This document shows, one piece after another, positions 50,801 to 60,925 of a stretch of 64,000 bases of DNA. Each line of letters begins with the position of its first letter. Position 1 is the stretch's first letter. A model generated the notes under the pieces. The model had not been told where the DNA came from. It did no database searches and saw only the letters and a program-made list of their open reading frames with translations. This DNA is from Thermoanaerobaculia bacterium (GTDB taxonomy: Bacteria > Acidobacteriota > Thermoanaerobaculia > Multivoradales > Multivoraceae), in the NCBI GenBank assembly GCA_963664405.1, contig OY761158.1:4768001-4832000 (forward strand), written 5' to 3'. The translations under genes were made by a program, and so were the position numbers.

Positions 50801-51102
50801 GAGAGCTCGATCTCCTCTCGATCGGCACTCGCGATCAGCTCGCCACCCTCATCCGCCTCGCCGTTGCCCAAGCGGTAAAGAGTGCCCTCGTACTAGATGA
50901 CCAGCTCGTCCAAAGCGACCCCAAGCGTATGGAGTGGCTGACTGAGCTCATGTACAAGTGCGCCGATGACTTCCAGGTAGTCGTGTTCACCTGCCGGCCG
51001 GAAGAGTACGAGCTACCGAACCAGACAGCGAGAGCCAACTGGGTGAACCTCGAGAAAGTCGTGGAAAGAACGCAGCCCTTGCAACTCGAGACATCCGAGT
51101 AG
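47869..51102 (+). CDS. Rad50/SbcC/SMC-like coiled-coil ABC ATPase
   Basis: Walker A GPNELGKS, long coiled coils, signature LSIGT, Walker B LVLDDQLVQSD, VFTC; TGATG overlap; no CxxC hook. Confidence 0.9.
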   Translation: MWLRKLHVRSFAGIKEAEVNLEPNLNVLYGPNELGKSTLLQAIRAALLLPHSSARHRPFIDWHDDRPPRVTLTFETEEQRIWRVQKSFGAGADGSSLLEFSRDGLSFSLDCKGREVDGKLRELLSWGAGSPGGSKARAAGWPDTFLSTALLGSQDEVSAILDKGLEGDLDESGKDLIARSLQAIAESPVFRSVLERAQEKVERAYTATGKKSRAKGSPWMGSQERIRLRQESLESIQRLADNSSAAKLEMEKLQELLQQAELEQSEAAGGLQEIETAHSQQEAWVAASRLLAAATEERDRILGLHKAVETTQAEIDQAKSEFSIAEETKKGAEADLLAAQTEHQQARQRILDLESDDVEQKRKIRRQEIEKSVLELEGRQKDAQREVELAKDALAKEREVSELGSRISSLEKQLSEARSLVETARTEIKKERQELSEMTLYEKLRAYQSSSQALTSANKARDNAAELRTQAGAMKDKARTFRSEVAALGLPTDDALRELAALERELEIAEAKVQIELSLLIRPLREIEISIDTGDRPTETRKISSPETFEAQGVLRAQIGDAADIEVSGGNADQRQEAADARLRWERTSAPLFEKFGVSTRVDLESSCRSESEKLVEVERIEGEAANLEARAEGLGHAGSQLEELEAKAETSKRSLELALPEGIALEELESRFEGVEQGELDRQELEDRIATKEEQAQILETKIAVDEGQLESQKEELEAQKRESAEARDKLPDDPQKVFERATYLLGEYEKNLQADSAELEVLDGFAETETAEARVAQDSASKAVETANECARSADSARNAAKQRVDSLEGELRAREAAAEVEDMTASLALVEDREKALADLPESTSQVDEEQLTYARSEVELAKKELDRLRQEFSKQEGALEQVGGQYVDEKTSEAEEALIAATREEQDVELEYASWQLLLETLKEAESEDAVHLGNSLVVPISENMKELTRGRYDKVSLGPKLSGTSVSLDGSDRELDLLSIGTRDQLATLIRLAVAQAVKSALVLDDQLVQSDPKRMEWLTELMYKCADDFQVVVFTCRPEEYELPNQTARANWVNLEKVVERTQPLQLETSE

Positions 51103-51289
51103 ACTCCTAACAGTCCCTGGAACCCAAGTGAGAGTGCCCGATGTATTCAGGCGCTATCCACCGAATGGGCTCAGATCTCGCGTATCTCAGGTCGCCGGTG
51201 CATCCTGAAGGCACTGTCAAGTTGGCCTCGGTCGAGATAAGCTTCGGCTTGTTGAATGTCCGTCGGCTCGGAGTCAGTGGGCACACGTC

Positions 51290-51542
51290 ACCTGCGCACG
51301 ACCAATCCAATTGAGTCGACCTTTGCGACCGTCAAGCTGCGCACCAAGAGGACCAAAGGGTGCGGCAGTCGAACCGCTTGCCTCACCATGGTCTTCCAGC
51401 TCGCCAGGTCCGCCGAAAGGCGATGGCGAGCTCTCAATGCAGCCAGCCTCTTACCTGATGTCTTACGAGGAACCGAGTTCGTCGATGGAGTAATACAAGC
51501 CGCCTGACTCGAACCTCAGAGCACAACTTTTGACAGTATCTC
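51290..51542 (+). mobile_element. IS256-family 3' remnant
   Basis: HLRTTNPIESTFATVKLRT..MVFQLARSAERRWRAL; terminal CACAACTTTTGACAGTATCTC. Confidence 0.85.
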
Positions 51543-51588
51543 GGTGGGAATTGCACCCACTGAGAATCGCCGGCTTTTCACGGCGCAC
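51543..51588 (-). other. 5' end of a group II intron inserted in IS6 (truncated)
   Basis: GTGCGCCGTGAAAAGCCGGCGATTCTCAGTGGGTGCAATTCCCACC begins with GUGYG exactly where IS6 homology stops. Confidence 0.6.
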
Positions 51589-54500
51589 CAGAATCGGTAG
51601 TAGAGCCAGACGGCATAGCTGATGATGTCGGGCGGGAACCGGTGGCCGCGGTAGCTGGTTTGTCGCTCATCATCGGTCCAGTCCGACGGCGACCGCCTCA
51701 ACTTGACAATGCCAGCGACGTGGCCGAGGTGCCATACAGGCCTTGGGAGGAGCCGAGCCGCCGTTGCGGGTAACCAATAGCGCTAAAGCAACCGGCCTTG
51801 GGAGCGGGAGTGTGCGTTGCCCACCGACTCAGCCCAGACGCGTCACGCTTTTAGCGCCGAAAGGTACTCGCCCTGAGGTGCCAGCGCCTATGCGGGTTCA
51901 AGCTCGGTAGGATCCGTGATGAACAGGCGAAGCTGCCTGCGCAGGCGCGGGAAACACCTCGACGGTTCGTCGAACGAGAGAGCCACTACCTCTGGGGAAG
52001 GCGCTCTTTGCTCTCTGTTTGGAAAGAAGAGGCGAAGCCCTTCTGGTTCGTGACTTCCGATAGCCGATCTGCACCGGCCGGGCAAGATAGGATGGGCAGC
52101 GTCGAATGGAATACCTTACCCCCTATCAAGCACCGTCGACTCCTGGGCGATTCATGGACATCACACTCCGCGAAGCGTGCCCTCCTCTGGAAGACGCCCA
52201 GCCAGTTTCGCGTTCCTTCCGCAACCTCCAGGCAAACCGCGAGCACATCCACATGATGGTGGTAGGAGGGCATGAGTCCACTCGCTAGTCGCACCTACTC
52301 GAACGCCTCTTGCGAGAGAGGGTGGCCCCCAGGCCTGCCGTCGACTGACGTGCCCCTTCCCGGCTCCATAGAGGGTCGTCCATGACGGAACCAGGGACCG
52401 ACCCGGACCGCGAGAAGGGAATCTCGCTATACAAGTTTCTTCTCGAGTTGACCAGACTTCGTACGAGGGTCGTCCACTCGATTGACGATTACCCGACGAG
52501 GACGATTTTCTTGGGAGATGTGCCGATCGACCATCGGTGTCGCTCCGGCCTATGGGTTCGTGAGGGACTGCCAGAGGATGGTCGGCAGGACTTGCTCCCG
52601 CGGGCCGATGACTGCTGGCTGGAAGTCGACAAGCCGGACTTGGCGCCCCCTCCGAAACCGAGTGAGAGCCTCCGGCCCTGGATTGTTGAAGAGCAACTTC
52701 ACGATTCGAAACTGGACTTCCCCGAACTGCGAGCGGAGCGGCTGTTACTCGACGAGAACGGCGACGCGACAACGATCGAGCTGAGCAACGAACCGGGTGT
52801 CGAGGATGACTGGAACCACTTTGTTGAGGAAGAGTGGTGGCCCTGGGCCGCGCGAGATCGACGGCTACGACCCCTTCAAGATCTCTATGCCAAGCTCTTC
52901 TCAATTCACCAGGCGCTTGGTCTCGAGGGGGAGCGGTACGAGCTCCTTGTCGGACAGGGCCTGCTCGCCTGGAAGTCGGCTGGCGGTCTCGATGTAAAGA
53001 GGCATCTTCTTGTTGCGTCGGCTGCGATTCAGCATGACGCCGACCGCGGCATCATCACGGTGGGCCCCGCCGGCGACGGCCCTGACCTGCGTCTTGAAGA
53101 AGAGATGGTCCCGCCAGAGCAGCGTCCGTCCGTGTTGGGCCGAGGCGATGTCGACGACCTTCGGCAGTCGGTTGGGGACCAGATCTTCACACCGGTCCCG
53201 GTCGATCGCCTCCTTCGGACCTGGGTACAGGACGCGGATGCTGCCGGCCAATACTCCGAGTCCCTTTCTCCACCTCCGCGCAGTGCGGAACCGATCGTCC
53301 ACCTTGCACCCGCACTCGTGCTGCGTGAGCGAACCGACCGTTCCTTCCTTAGAGCTTTCGAAGAGATCCTCGAACAGCTTGAGGCGGGCGAGCCCGTTCC
53401 TGAGGGGCTGAAGCGTTTCGTAACCGCCGCCGATGCATGGAATCCAGGTTCAGGGGGCAGCCCCTCGGGAGGGAGTGCCGCGGGGAGCTCGGAGATCTAC
53501 TTCCCCCTCCCCGCAAACGCTGAACAACGCGAGATCGTAGATCGCCTTGGCCGCCGGCCAGGTGTCCTCGTTCAAGGGCCCCCAGGCACCGGTAAGTCCC
53601 ACACGATCGTCAATCTAATCTGCCACCTCCTTGCGACCGGTCAAAGGGTTCTGGTGACGAGTCACACGGCCCGTGCCCTGGCTGTTATTCAGAGACTGCT
53701 GCAGAAACGAGTCGCGGTGATCGCGCCTCTTGCCGTCGTCGCCATGGGCAACGACCGTGACTCTCTTGAGGCGATGGAAGGGTCTGTCCAGGGCATCACC
53801 AGTCGTCAGAATTCTTGGGACCCTAGGGTTGCGCAGCGCACAATCGAATCTCAGGTAGAGAGGCTCGACGAAGCTCGCCGGCTCAAAGCTTCCACGCTGA
53901 CGCGACTGAGGGAATTACGTGAGCAGGAGACTCTGCGTCAGGGGTTGCGCTTCGGCTCCTACAGCGGGACTCTCGGGCAGATTGCATCGCAGCTTCGCTC
54001 CGAGGAGGAGGAACTTGGCTGGTTGGCGGAAGCCGTTGGCGGCGAGGCCTCTCCCCTCTTAGCACCGCAGAGTTCGGCCGGCTTCTCGGGCTTCTCCGCT
54101 CTCCAGCCATCGACGCTGCAGAAGAGAGGGGGGTCGAAACCTCAGACCCTTCGGCTCTCCCGCGCCCCGAGGATCTGCAGAGACTCGCTGAACTCGAGCA
54201 AGAAGCTGAGCTAGCTGACCAGGCAGTCGAAGGGCTGCACTCGCATCCCGTGTTCGCGCCGCTTGCGAGTCTTGAGGACGAAGACCGAAAGTCCGTAGGT
54301 ACGAAGCTCGAGACGCTCCTTGACGGTGCGAGGCTGGTGGGGAACCACCTCCAAGAATGGACCGAGCACGCCGTTCACCAGGTCCTTGGTGACCGCGATC
54401 GGGTCTGGCGACAGCTACTCGCGGCGACAGAATCGCACCTGAAGCGGATTGGAGACCGTGCGCCCTGGGCTGATGAGAACCCAATGCTCGAGGGTACGGG

Positions 54501-55409
54501 GCGCCACCCGGACGCAATCGCTTCTGATACGCGAGAGGTGATTAAGCACTTCGAGGCCGGAAAAGGTTGGGGCCTTGGTCCGTTCGCCAGATCTCGGATC
54601 AAGGCCTGCCGCTATCTTCGGGAGGTGAGGATCGGAGGGCGTCCCTGTCGTGCACTTGAGAGTCTTCGTGACCTCGCCTCTTGGCTTGATGTCGACCGTG
54701 AATGCCGCGACCTGAACCTTCTCTGGCGCGAGCACACGAATCTCTCTGGGAAGCCTTTCTGTGTTCAGGTCTCGGAGTATGGGGACCTCTGCGAACCTCT
54801 GGCCTCGGTGCTCGATCTCTACGAAGTACGCGATGAGGCCCGTGCCGCTTATCAGAAACACGGTTTGGCTGAACCGACGTGGCACGACCTCAAAGATGTG
54901 GAGGGCCATCTGTCAGCACTGCGGGCCGCAGATGCTCGGGCTCGGAGGGAAACAGTTCGCCAGCGAGCAGGGGACCTCCGAGGCCGCCTCCAGACTGTGC
55001 GAGCCGTGGGCAAGGCGCCTTCAGAGGTGGGTAGTCTGCTTAGCGCCTTCGAGGAGCGGGACGTTCGCGCCTTTCGAGAGGCGAGGGAAGCGCTGGAAAG
55101 ACTGCACGGGCTGTTGCTCGAAGCCGATGAGCGGCGAGCCCTACTCGACCGACTGCGATCTGCGCTTCCTGAGACCGCGGCCCAGCTCGAGGCGACCTTC
55201 CATGACGAGCCGTGGTCCCGCCGGGCTCAGACCCTGGAGAGGGCCTGGCGGTGGGGAGCCTGCCGAGCATGGGTGAGAGTGAGCACGATAATCGATGGGA
55301 ATGTTGGCCATTCTGAGCACGGTAGGTGAGGGAAGGGTGTTTGGTCCCTCAAGTAGTGTGCTCAAGACTAGGTCCGTCGGCATCATCCCCGCCGAAGGCG
55401 GGCCGTCGG

Positions 55410-56773
55410 GGATCCGTCCCGAATGCTGTGGAAATTGAGAATGGCGTAACCTCCTAGTGGTCAAACACATCGCCGGTTAGGGCGAACGGAGGATTACGCC
55501 ATGGTGGAGAATATCAACGAGGAAGGGGAAGCTGCACGCTTCCGTCAGGACATTCGTTCGTTGTTACGCGAGCGTGTTCGTGCGGCGATCGAGATCACAC
55601 TCGAGGAAGAGCTGTCCGAGGCGCTGGGCTGCAGCGCCTACGAGCGTTCAGGCGAGCGTGCGGGCTATCGCAACGGCAAGCAGCGTCGTCTGATCACGAC
55701 GGCGTGTGGGTCGAAGGAACTGGACATTCCACGAGGACGGCTAGTCGGCGAGGATGGGGCCAGCGTAGAGTTTCGCAGTGCGATCGTGCCGCGTTACGCT
55801 CGTCGTACGCAGGAGGTCGATGACGCGATCCTGGGTGCGTATCTGGCTGGCGCTAACAGCCGCCGGATCAAGAAGGCATTGGCTCCGCTGCTGGGTGAGG
55901 AGCACCTGTCCAAGAGCGCAGTTTCGCGTGTGGTGTCTCGGCTGAAGGAGCTTTTTGCTCGCTGGAGTGAGCGCGATCTGTCGGAGGAGTCCTACGTGCT
56001 TCTGTTTCTCGATGGCTTTCACCTGAAGGTCCGCTTGGCCCGTCGAGTGGTCTCGGTACCGGTGCTGGTGGTGCTGGGTGTGACTCCGGACGGCACCAAG
56101 GTGCTGGTGGCCTTACGTTTAGCCGCGAGCGAGGCCGCCGAGCACTGGAAGTGGCTGATCGAGGATCTGAAGGCCCGAGGTCTTCAGGCTCCGCGCTACC
56201 TGGTCACGGATGGCCACAAAGGGCTGGCCGCGGCGCTGAAGGCTTGGCCTGAGGTCAAAGTCCAGCGCTGCGTCCAACACAAGTGGGAGAATCTGAAGAA
56301 ACACTGCCCGGTGCACGCACACGACGAGCTGCGGCGTGACTGGCACTCGATCGTACGAGCCGAGGACGCGGCACAGGCCCGCAAGGCCTACGCGGCGTTC
56401 GTCACCAAGTGGTCGCGACTAGTCCCGGCGGTGGCTCGCAGCCTTGAGGAGGCAGGGTTCCAGCTACTGACCTTCTACGAGCTCCCCAAATCGCTGTGGA
56501 GTTCGGTGCGCACGACCAACGCTCTGGAGAACCTGAACCGCGAGTTTCGTCGCCGCACTAAAACCCAGGGCTCCTTTGCCACCGAGGCTGCCGGCGTCAC
56601 GCTCCTCTGGGGGCTCGTCGCCTTCGGGCAGATACACCTGCGAAGGATTAACGGCTACCGGGCGCTTCAGCTCCTGCTCGAGGTTGAGAGGGCCGCGTAA
56701 ACGGTAGGATTTAGCAAAAGACGACTCGGAGGACTACGCCTGAACCCATTTCCACAAAAAACGGGACACATCC
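55410..56773 (+). mobile_element. IS256-family insertion sequence (complete)
   Basis: Imperfect IRs GGATCCGTCCCGAATGCTGTGGAAAT / ATTTCCACAAAAAACGGGACACATCC; 8-bp duplication GCCGTCGG. Confidence 0.92.
55501..56700 (+). CDS. IS256 family transposase
   Basis: GYRNG, IPRGR, LFLDG, VTDGHKGL, QRCVQHK, RTTNALENLNREFRRRTK. Confidence 0.95.
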   Translation: MVENINEEGEAARFRQDIRSLLRERVRAAIEITLEEELSEALGCSAYERSGERAGYRNGKQRRLITTACGSKELDIPRGRLVGEDGASVEFRSAIVPRYARRTQEVDDAILGAYLAGANSRRIKKALAPLLGEEHLSKSAVSRVVSRLKELFARWSERDLSEESYVLLFLDGFHLKVRLARRVVSVPVLVVLGVTPDGTKVLVALRLAASEAAEHWKWLIEDLKARGLQAPRYLVTDGHKGLAAALKAWPEVKVQRCVQHKWENLKKHCPVHAHDELRRDWHSIVRAEDAAQARKAYAAFVTKWSRLVPAVARSLEEAGFQLLTFYELPKSLWSSVRTTNALENLNREFRRRTKTQGSFATEAAGVTLLWGLVAFGQIHLRRINGYRALQLLLEVERAA

Positions 56774-59544
56774 GCCGTCGGGGCCTGACGCGCAGTCCAT
56801 ACTTGTTCTTTCGCTGATCACGCTGAACGAGGGCTGACACGCAGCGATGGGATGAACGGCACGCTATCTGATGGGCGATCGAGGCGGTTCGCCGAGCTTC
56901 CATCGCGCTTGGGCCCCTGGTTGCGCCCTCAGATACCTTGAACGGAACACCCATTCCCACCAGACAACGTGATCGGGTTTCCTCGAATCGCCATCAAATA
57001 CTGTGAACAAGACCGTCTGAGGCAAGTGGCAGCGAAACGCAGCTTCGGCTAAGTCCTTCAAAAGGCTACGCGACCATCACTTATCGTGATCGGACCGCCA
57101 TCGATTATCGTGCTCACTCTCACATGGGTGGGGGAATTTGCCGATCCGAAAGCGGCTCAACGCTTGACCGCGAGTCTCGAGCAGGCGCGGGCCGAAGAGT
57201 CGAGTGCGATAGCTGAGCTCGCTGCAGCTAAAGCTTGGTCCTTCTGTTTCGAGCGAATGACGGACCACGAACGCCAACACCTCGTCGCTTGGTCAAAGGC
57301 GGTAAGGAATCTCGGAAAAGGCACGGGGAAGTACGCCCCACAGCATCGGCGGAATGCGCGCGAACACATGAATGAGTGCCGGTCCGCCATTCCCGCTTGG
57401 GTCATGCCTCTCTATCGTATTGTCGAGACAGTGAAGCCCGGCTCGGATCTGTTCGACGTGGCTATCATCGATGAGGCCAGCCAGTCGGGGCCCGAAGCGC
57501 TGATCCTGCCTTATCTCGCTAAGCAGCTAGTGGTAGTCGGCGATGACAAACAGATCAGCCCCTCCTACGTCGGCCTGAATCGTGCGGGAGTTGCTCAACT
57601 GCGGCGGACCTACCTTCAGGACCTGCCACACCCCGACGCGTTTGGCGTTGACCATAGTTTCTTTGATCTTGCCGAGATTCAGTACGAGGGTCGAATTCGA
57701 TTGCATGAGCACTTCCGCTGTATGCCAGAGATCATTCAGTTCTCCAACAATCTCTGCTATGCAGCGGAGCCGCTCACTCCTCTCCGCCAGTTCGCTGCCG
57801 GTCGCTTGACTCCGGTTGTGGAAGCGGTGCGAGTGGGTGGCGGCTACATAAAGGGCACTGGGAGCAAACAGATCAACCAGCCCGAGGCCGAGGCACTGGT
57901 GGCGAAGATTGAAGAACTCCACGCTGATGAGAGGTATGAGGGGAAGACGTTTGGGGTCCTCTCCCTCTTAGGTCACGGCCAGCATGGCCTGATCGAGAGG
58001 ATGCTCCTTGAGCGTCTTGGAACGAAGGCAATCCGCGATCGACAGCTCGTCTGCGGTCAGCCCTCCGCATTCCAGGGCGATGAGCGCGACGTCATGTTCC
58101 TTAGCCTGGTCTCGGCCGCAGTCGAAGGACAGCGCATCAAGACCCTGAGCGGCGAAAGCGACAAGCAGCGCTTCAACGTAGCGGCGAGTCGGGCGAGGGA
58201 CCAAATGTTCCTGTTCCACAGCGCCGGCATCGATGACCTAGGGCGAAACTGTCTCAGGCGGGCTCTTTTGAGCTACTGCTTGAACCCGCGCGTTGAGATG
58301 AGTGGGGATTCAGGTGTCGATGTAGAGCGCCTTCGCCATCAGGCCAGAACCGTCGCCCGGACGATCAATCCCAGCAATGCCCCCAACCCCTTCGGTAGCT
58401 GGTTCGAGGTCGATGTCTTCTTGAAGATCGTCGGCGCCGGTTTCCGTGTACTCCCTCAGTACGAGGTCAATGGGTACTTTATCGATCTCGTCGTCGAGGG
58501 CCTACAGGGGCGGCTGGCCGTTGAGTGTGACGGGGACCACTGGCACGGCCCCAAACAGTGGGATGCTGATACGGCGCGGCAGCGAGACTTGGAGCGCTGT
58601 GGTTGGCGATTCAAACGTCTTGGCGAGTCTGTCTTTCGGTTAGATGAAGACAGCGCGCTTGAAGGGCTTTGGGCCGAGTTGAAGATGCTGGGGATACGCA
58701 CCATGGCCCAGGAGATCGATATCCCGGAAGGCGGGGAAGAAAGCGAGCCTGCAGAGTCTCTTCATACCCCCGCTGAGACTCGCTCGCCCCCCAGCCGAGT
58801 TGGTCCTGTCGAGACAAGGCTGCCGGCTGGATCTCGTGCTGACGCGCCGGCTGCTCATCTTCGCGGGCTGAGCGACGGTGAAAGTCTCTCGCCCGCAGAA
58901 GAAGACGCTCGAAGCTCTCCGAGATCTCCCCTTCTTCCAGATCCTACCGAAACCGCACCCTCAGGGTTGGTCGATGGCTTGCTGGCATTGATTGAAGAGG
59001 AGGGGCCGATCGAGGAGACAGCCCTCTTCCAGCGCTTCGTGAAGGCAGCAGGCAGGCATCGGGTGAGAGCGGCCCGACAACCTCTGGAGAACGCCGTCGA
59101 AATTGCGCTGCTGCGTGGGTTGATCGAAGTGTCGGCCGAGCGGTCGGAAAGGAATTCAGAGGAGAGAGTTCTGAGGAAGAGTGGCACGCCATTGGTACGA
59201 GTTCGCCTGCTGGGCAGCCGCCGCCTCCTTGAAGTTCCCCCTTCCGAGTTGAGGGCTGTGATGCAGGATCTCCATGAGAAGCAGCCGTGGCTTGCCGGGG
59301 AGAACCTCTATCGAGCGCTGCTCACGTTCTACGGCGCAAAGAAGCTCACGACGGGGATCAGAGAGAGATTGAGTTTCGTTGAGTCGGGCCTCAGTGAGCT
59401 TTGAGGGGTGTTCCCCCGGGCACTGTCAAGTGGAGGCGCTGACTGGCAGACTACGCAGATGAATGCCAAACCACCGAGCTACGATGGATACCGGTTTCCG
59501 ACCGAGATCATCAGCCACGCCGTCTGGCTCTACTATCGCTTCTG

Positions 59545-59588
59545 GTGCGCCGTGAAAAGCCTGCGATTCTCAGTGGGTGCAATTCCCA
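59545..59588 (+). other. 5' end of a group II intron inserted in IS6 (truncated)
   Basis: GTGCGCCGTGAAAAGCCTGCGATTCTCAGTGGGTGCAATTCCCA, one mismatch to the copy at 51545-51588 and at the same insertion point. Confidence 0.6.
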
Positions 59589-59705
59589 TGCGTATTCCGG
59601 TCCATCGTGATCACTGATTCCGCTCGAAGCTGATCATCGATTCCGGTGAAGGTGATCACGGATTCCGATCATGGTGATCACCGATTCCGGTGATGGTGAT
59701 CACTC
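59589..59705 (+). repeat. IS21 left end with five ~22-bp tandem repeats
   Basis: TG start; repeated ATTCCG-N7-TGATCA units directly upstream of istA. Confidence 0.85.
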
Positions 59706-59760
59706 GTCGGTAGCGAGATCGAGCATCCTATGTCCTTCGCTTGAGAAGGAGGACAGAAGG

Positions 59761-60925
59761 ATGGCGGCAAGGAAGCTATCGATGAGGAAGATCCGCGAGA
59801 TTCTGCGACTGAAGTACGAGGTGGGGCTTTCGCACCGGGCGATAGCTCGGTCGCTGACGATTGGTGTGGGGACGGTGTCGGCGTACGCCAAGCGTGCCCG
59901 GCTTGCTGGTTTGAGCTGGCCGTTGGACGAGGAGCTGGACGATGCGGCTTTGGAGGTGCGTTTCTTCGGTGCTCGCCAGCCGCCCTTGGGTCCGAGACCG
60001 CAGCCGGCGGTGGCGCAGATCCACGAGGAGCTCAGGCGCCCGGGGGTCACGCTGCACCTGCTGTGGATGGAGTATCTTGAGACACACCCGGACGGCTACC
60101 GCTACAGCCAGTTTTGTGAGATCTATCGGCGGTGGGTAAAGAAACTGCATCCGACGATGCGCCAGCGCCACAAGGCTGGCGAGAAGGTGTTTGTCGACTA
60201 CTCGGGCAAGAGACCCCACATCGTCGACCCCGTCACCGGAGAGTGGATCGCTGTCGAGCTCTTCGTGGGCTGTCTGGGCGCATCCAGCTACGTCTATGCC
60301 GAAGCCACCCGCAGCCAGGGGCTCGACTCCTGGATGGCGTCGCACACGCGGATGCTGGCCTACTTTGGCGGCTCGGCCGAGATCTGGGTCCCTGACAATC
60401 TAAAGAGCGGCATAACGACGCCCTGCCGCTACGAGGCGGGGGGTGAACCGGACCTATCAGGATTTTGCCGATCACTACGGAGCCGTAGTCATCCCGGCCC
60501 GGGTCAGGCGCCCTCGTGACAAGTCGAAAGTCGAGGCCTCCGTGCTGGTGGCCCAGCGCTGGATTCTGGCCGCCTTGCGCGATCACACATTCTTCAGCCT
60601 CTCGGCGCTGAATGAAGCCATCCGCGAGAAGCTGGAGGTGCTCAACCACCGGCCGATGAAACACCTGGGTGCCTCTCGCCGAGAGCTCTTCGAGCGGCTG
60701 GATCGACCGGCGCTCAAGCCTCTGCCGGTGGAGTCCTACCAGAAGGCCTATTGGAAGCCGTGCCGGGTCTCGATCGACTACCACGTCGAGGTCGCCCGTA
60801 ACTACTACAGCGTGCCCTACCAGCTCGTCTCCGAAGAAGTCGAAGCGCGCTTCACGGCGACGATCGTCGAGGTCTACTTCAAATCCAAGAGGGTGGCCTC
60901 GCACCCACGGCTCCGCGGCCGCAAA
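59761..60925 (+). pseudogene. istA: IS21 transposase IstA, frameshifted (G-run near 60437-60443) and 3'-truncated; istB absent
   Basis: MRKIREILRLK, GYRYSQFC, GEKVFVDYSG, LGASSYVYAEA, VPDNLKSG, PARVRRPRDKSKVE, DYHVEV..NYYSVP. Confidence 0.9.

Larger units (their letters stand above)
51210..51713 (-). mobile_element. Internally deleted IS6-family element
   Basis: IRs GGCACTGTCAAGTT / AACTTGACAATGCC; N-terminus SYRGHRFPPDIISYAVWLYYRF and C-terminus QVTCAH* are retained. Confidence 0.85.
55274..57122. mobile_element. Non-autonomous IS21-like element (TG...CA ends, about 480 bp without the nested IS256)
   Basis: 25-bp perfect IRs TGAGAGTGAGCACGATAATCGATGG / CCATCGATTATCGTGCTCACTCTCA; 6-bp duplication CATGGG (55268-55273, 57123-57128). 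Confidence 0.85.
52382..59404 (+). pseudogene. Large SF1 (Upf1-like) helicase with Vsr/MTES_1575-like nuclease and C-terminal wHTH (Hhe-like); frameshift near 54050, IS insertion 55274-57122
   Basis: QGPPGTGKSHT, VLVTSHT, IIDEASQ, VVGDDKQISP, EHFRC, FQGDERD, RFNVAASRARD, FEVDV..YFIDLVV..LAVECDGDHWH..DTARQRDLERCGW; removing the IS restores ACRAW-VGEF in frame. Confidence 0.88.

Noticed and set aside
46712-51102. Calling the pair canonical housekeeping sbcD/sbcC
   Set aside because: No CxxC hook, a divergent signature motif, coupling to SNF2 and an island context; gene symbols withheld
51720-52300. Short ORFs and small repeats (GAGGTGCCA, GGCCTTGGGA) between IS6 and the helicase gene
   Set aside because: No recognisable protein motifs, and the repeats are too short to exceed chance in GC-rich DNA
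59589-59705. Tandem ~22-bp repeats as a CRISPR array
   Set aside because: The units are contiguous and degenerate with no unique spacers, no cas genes are present, and they sit at the left end of an IS21 element, where such repeats are normal
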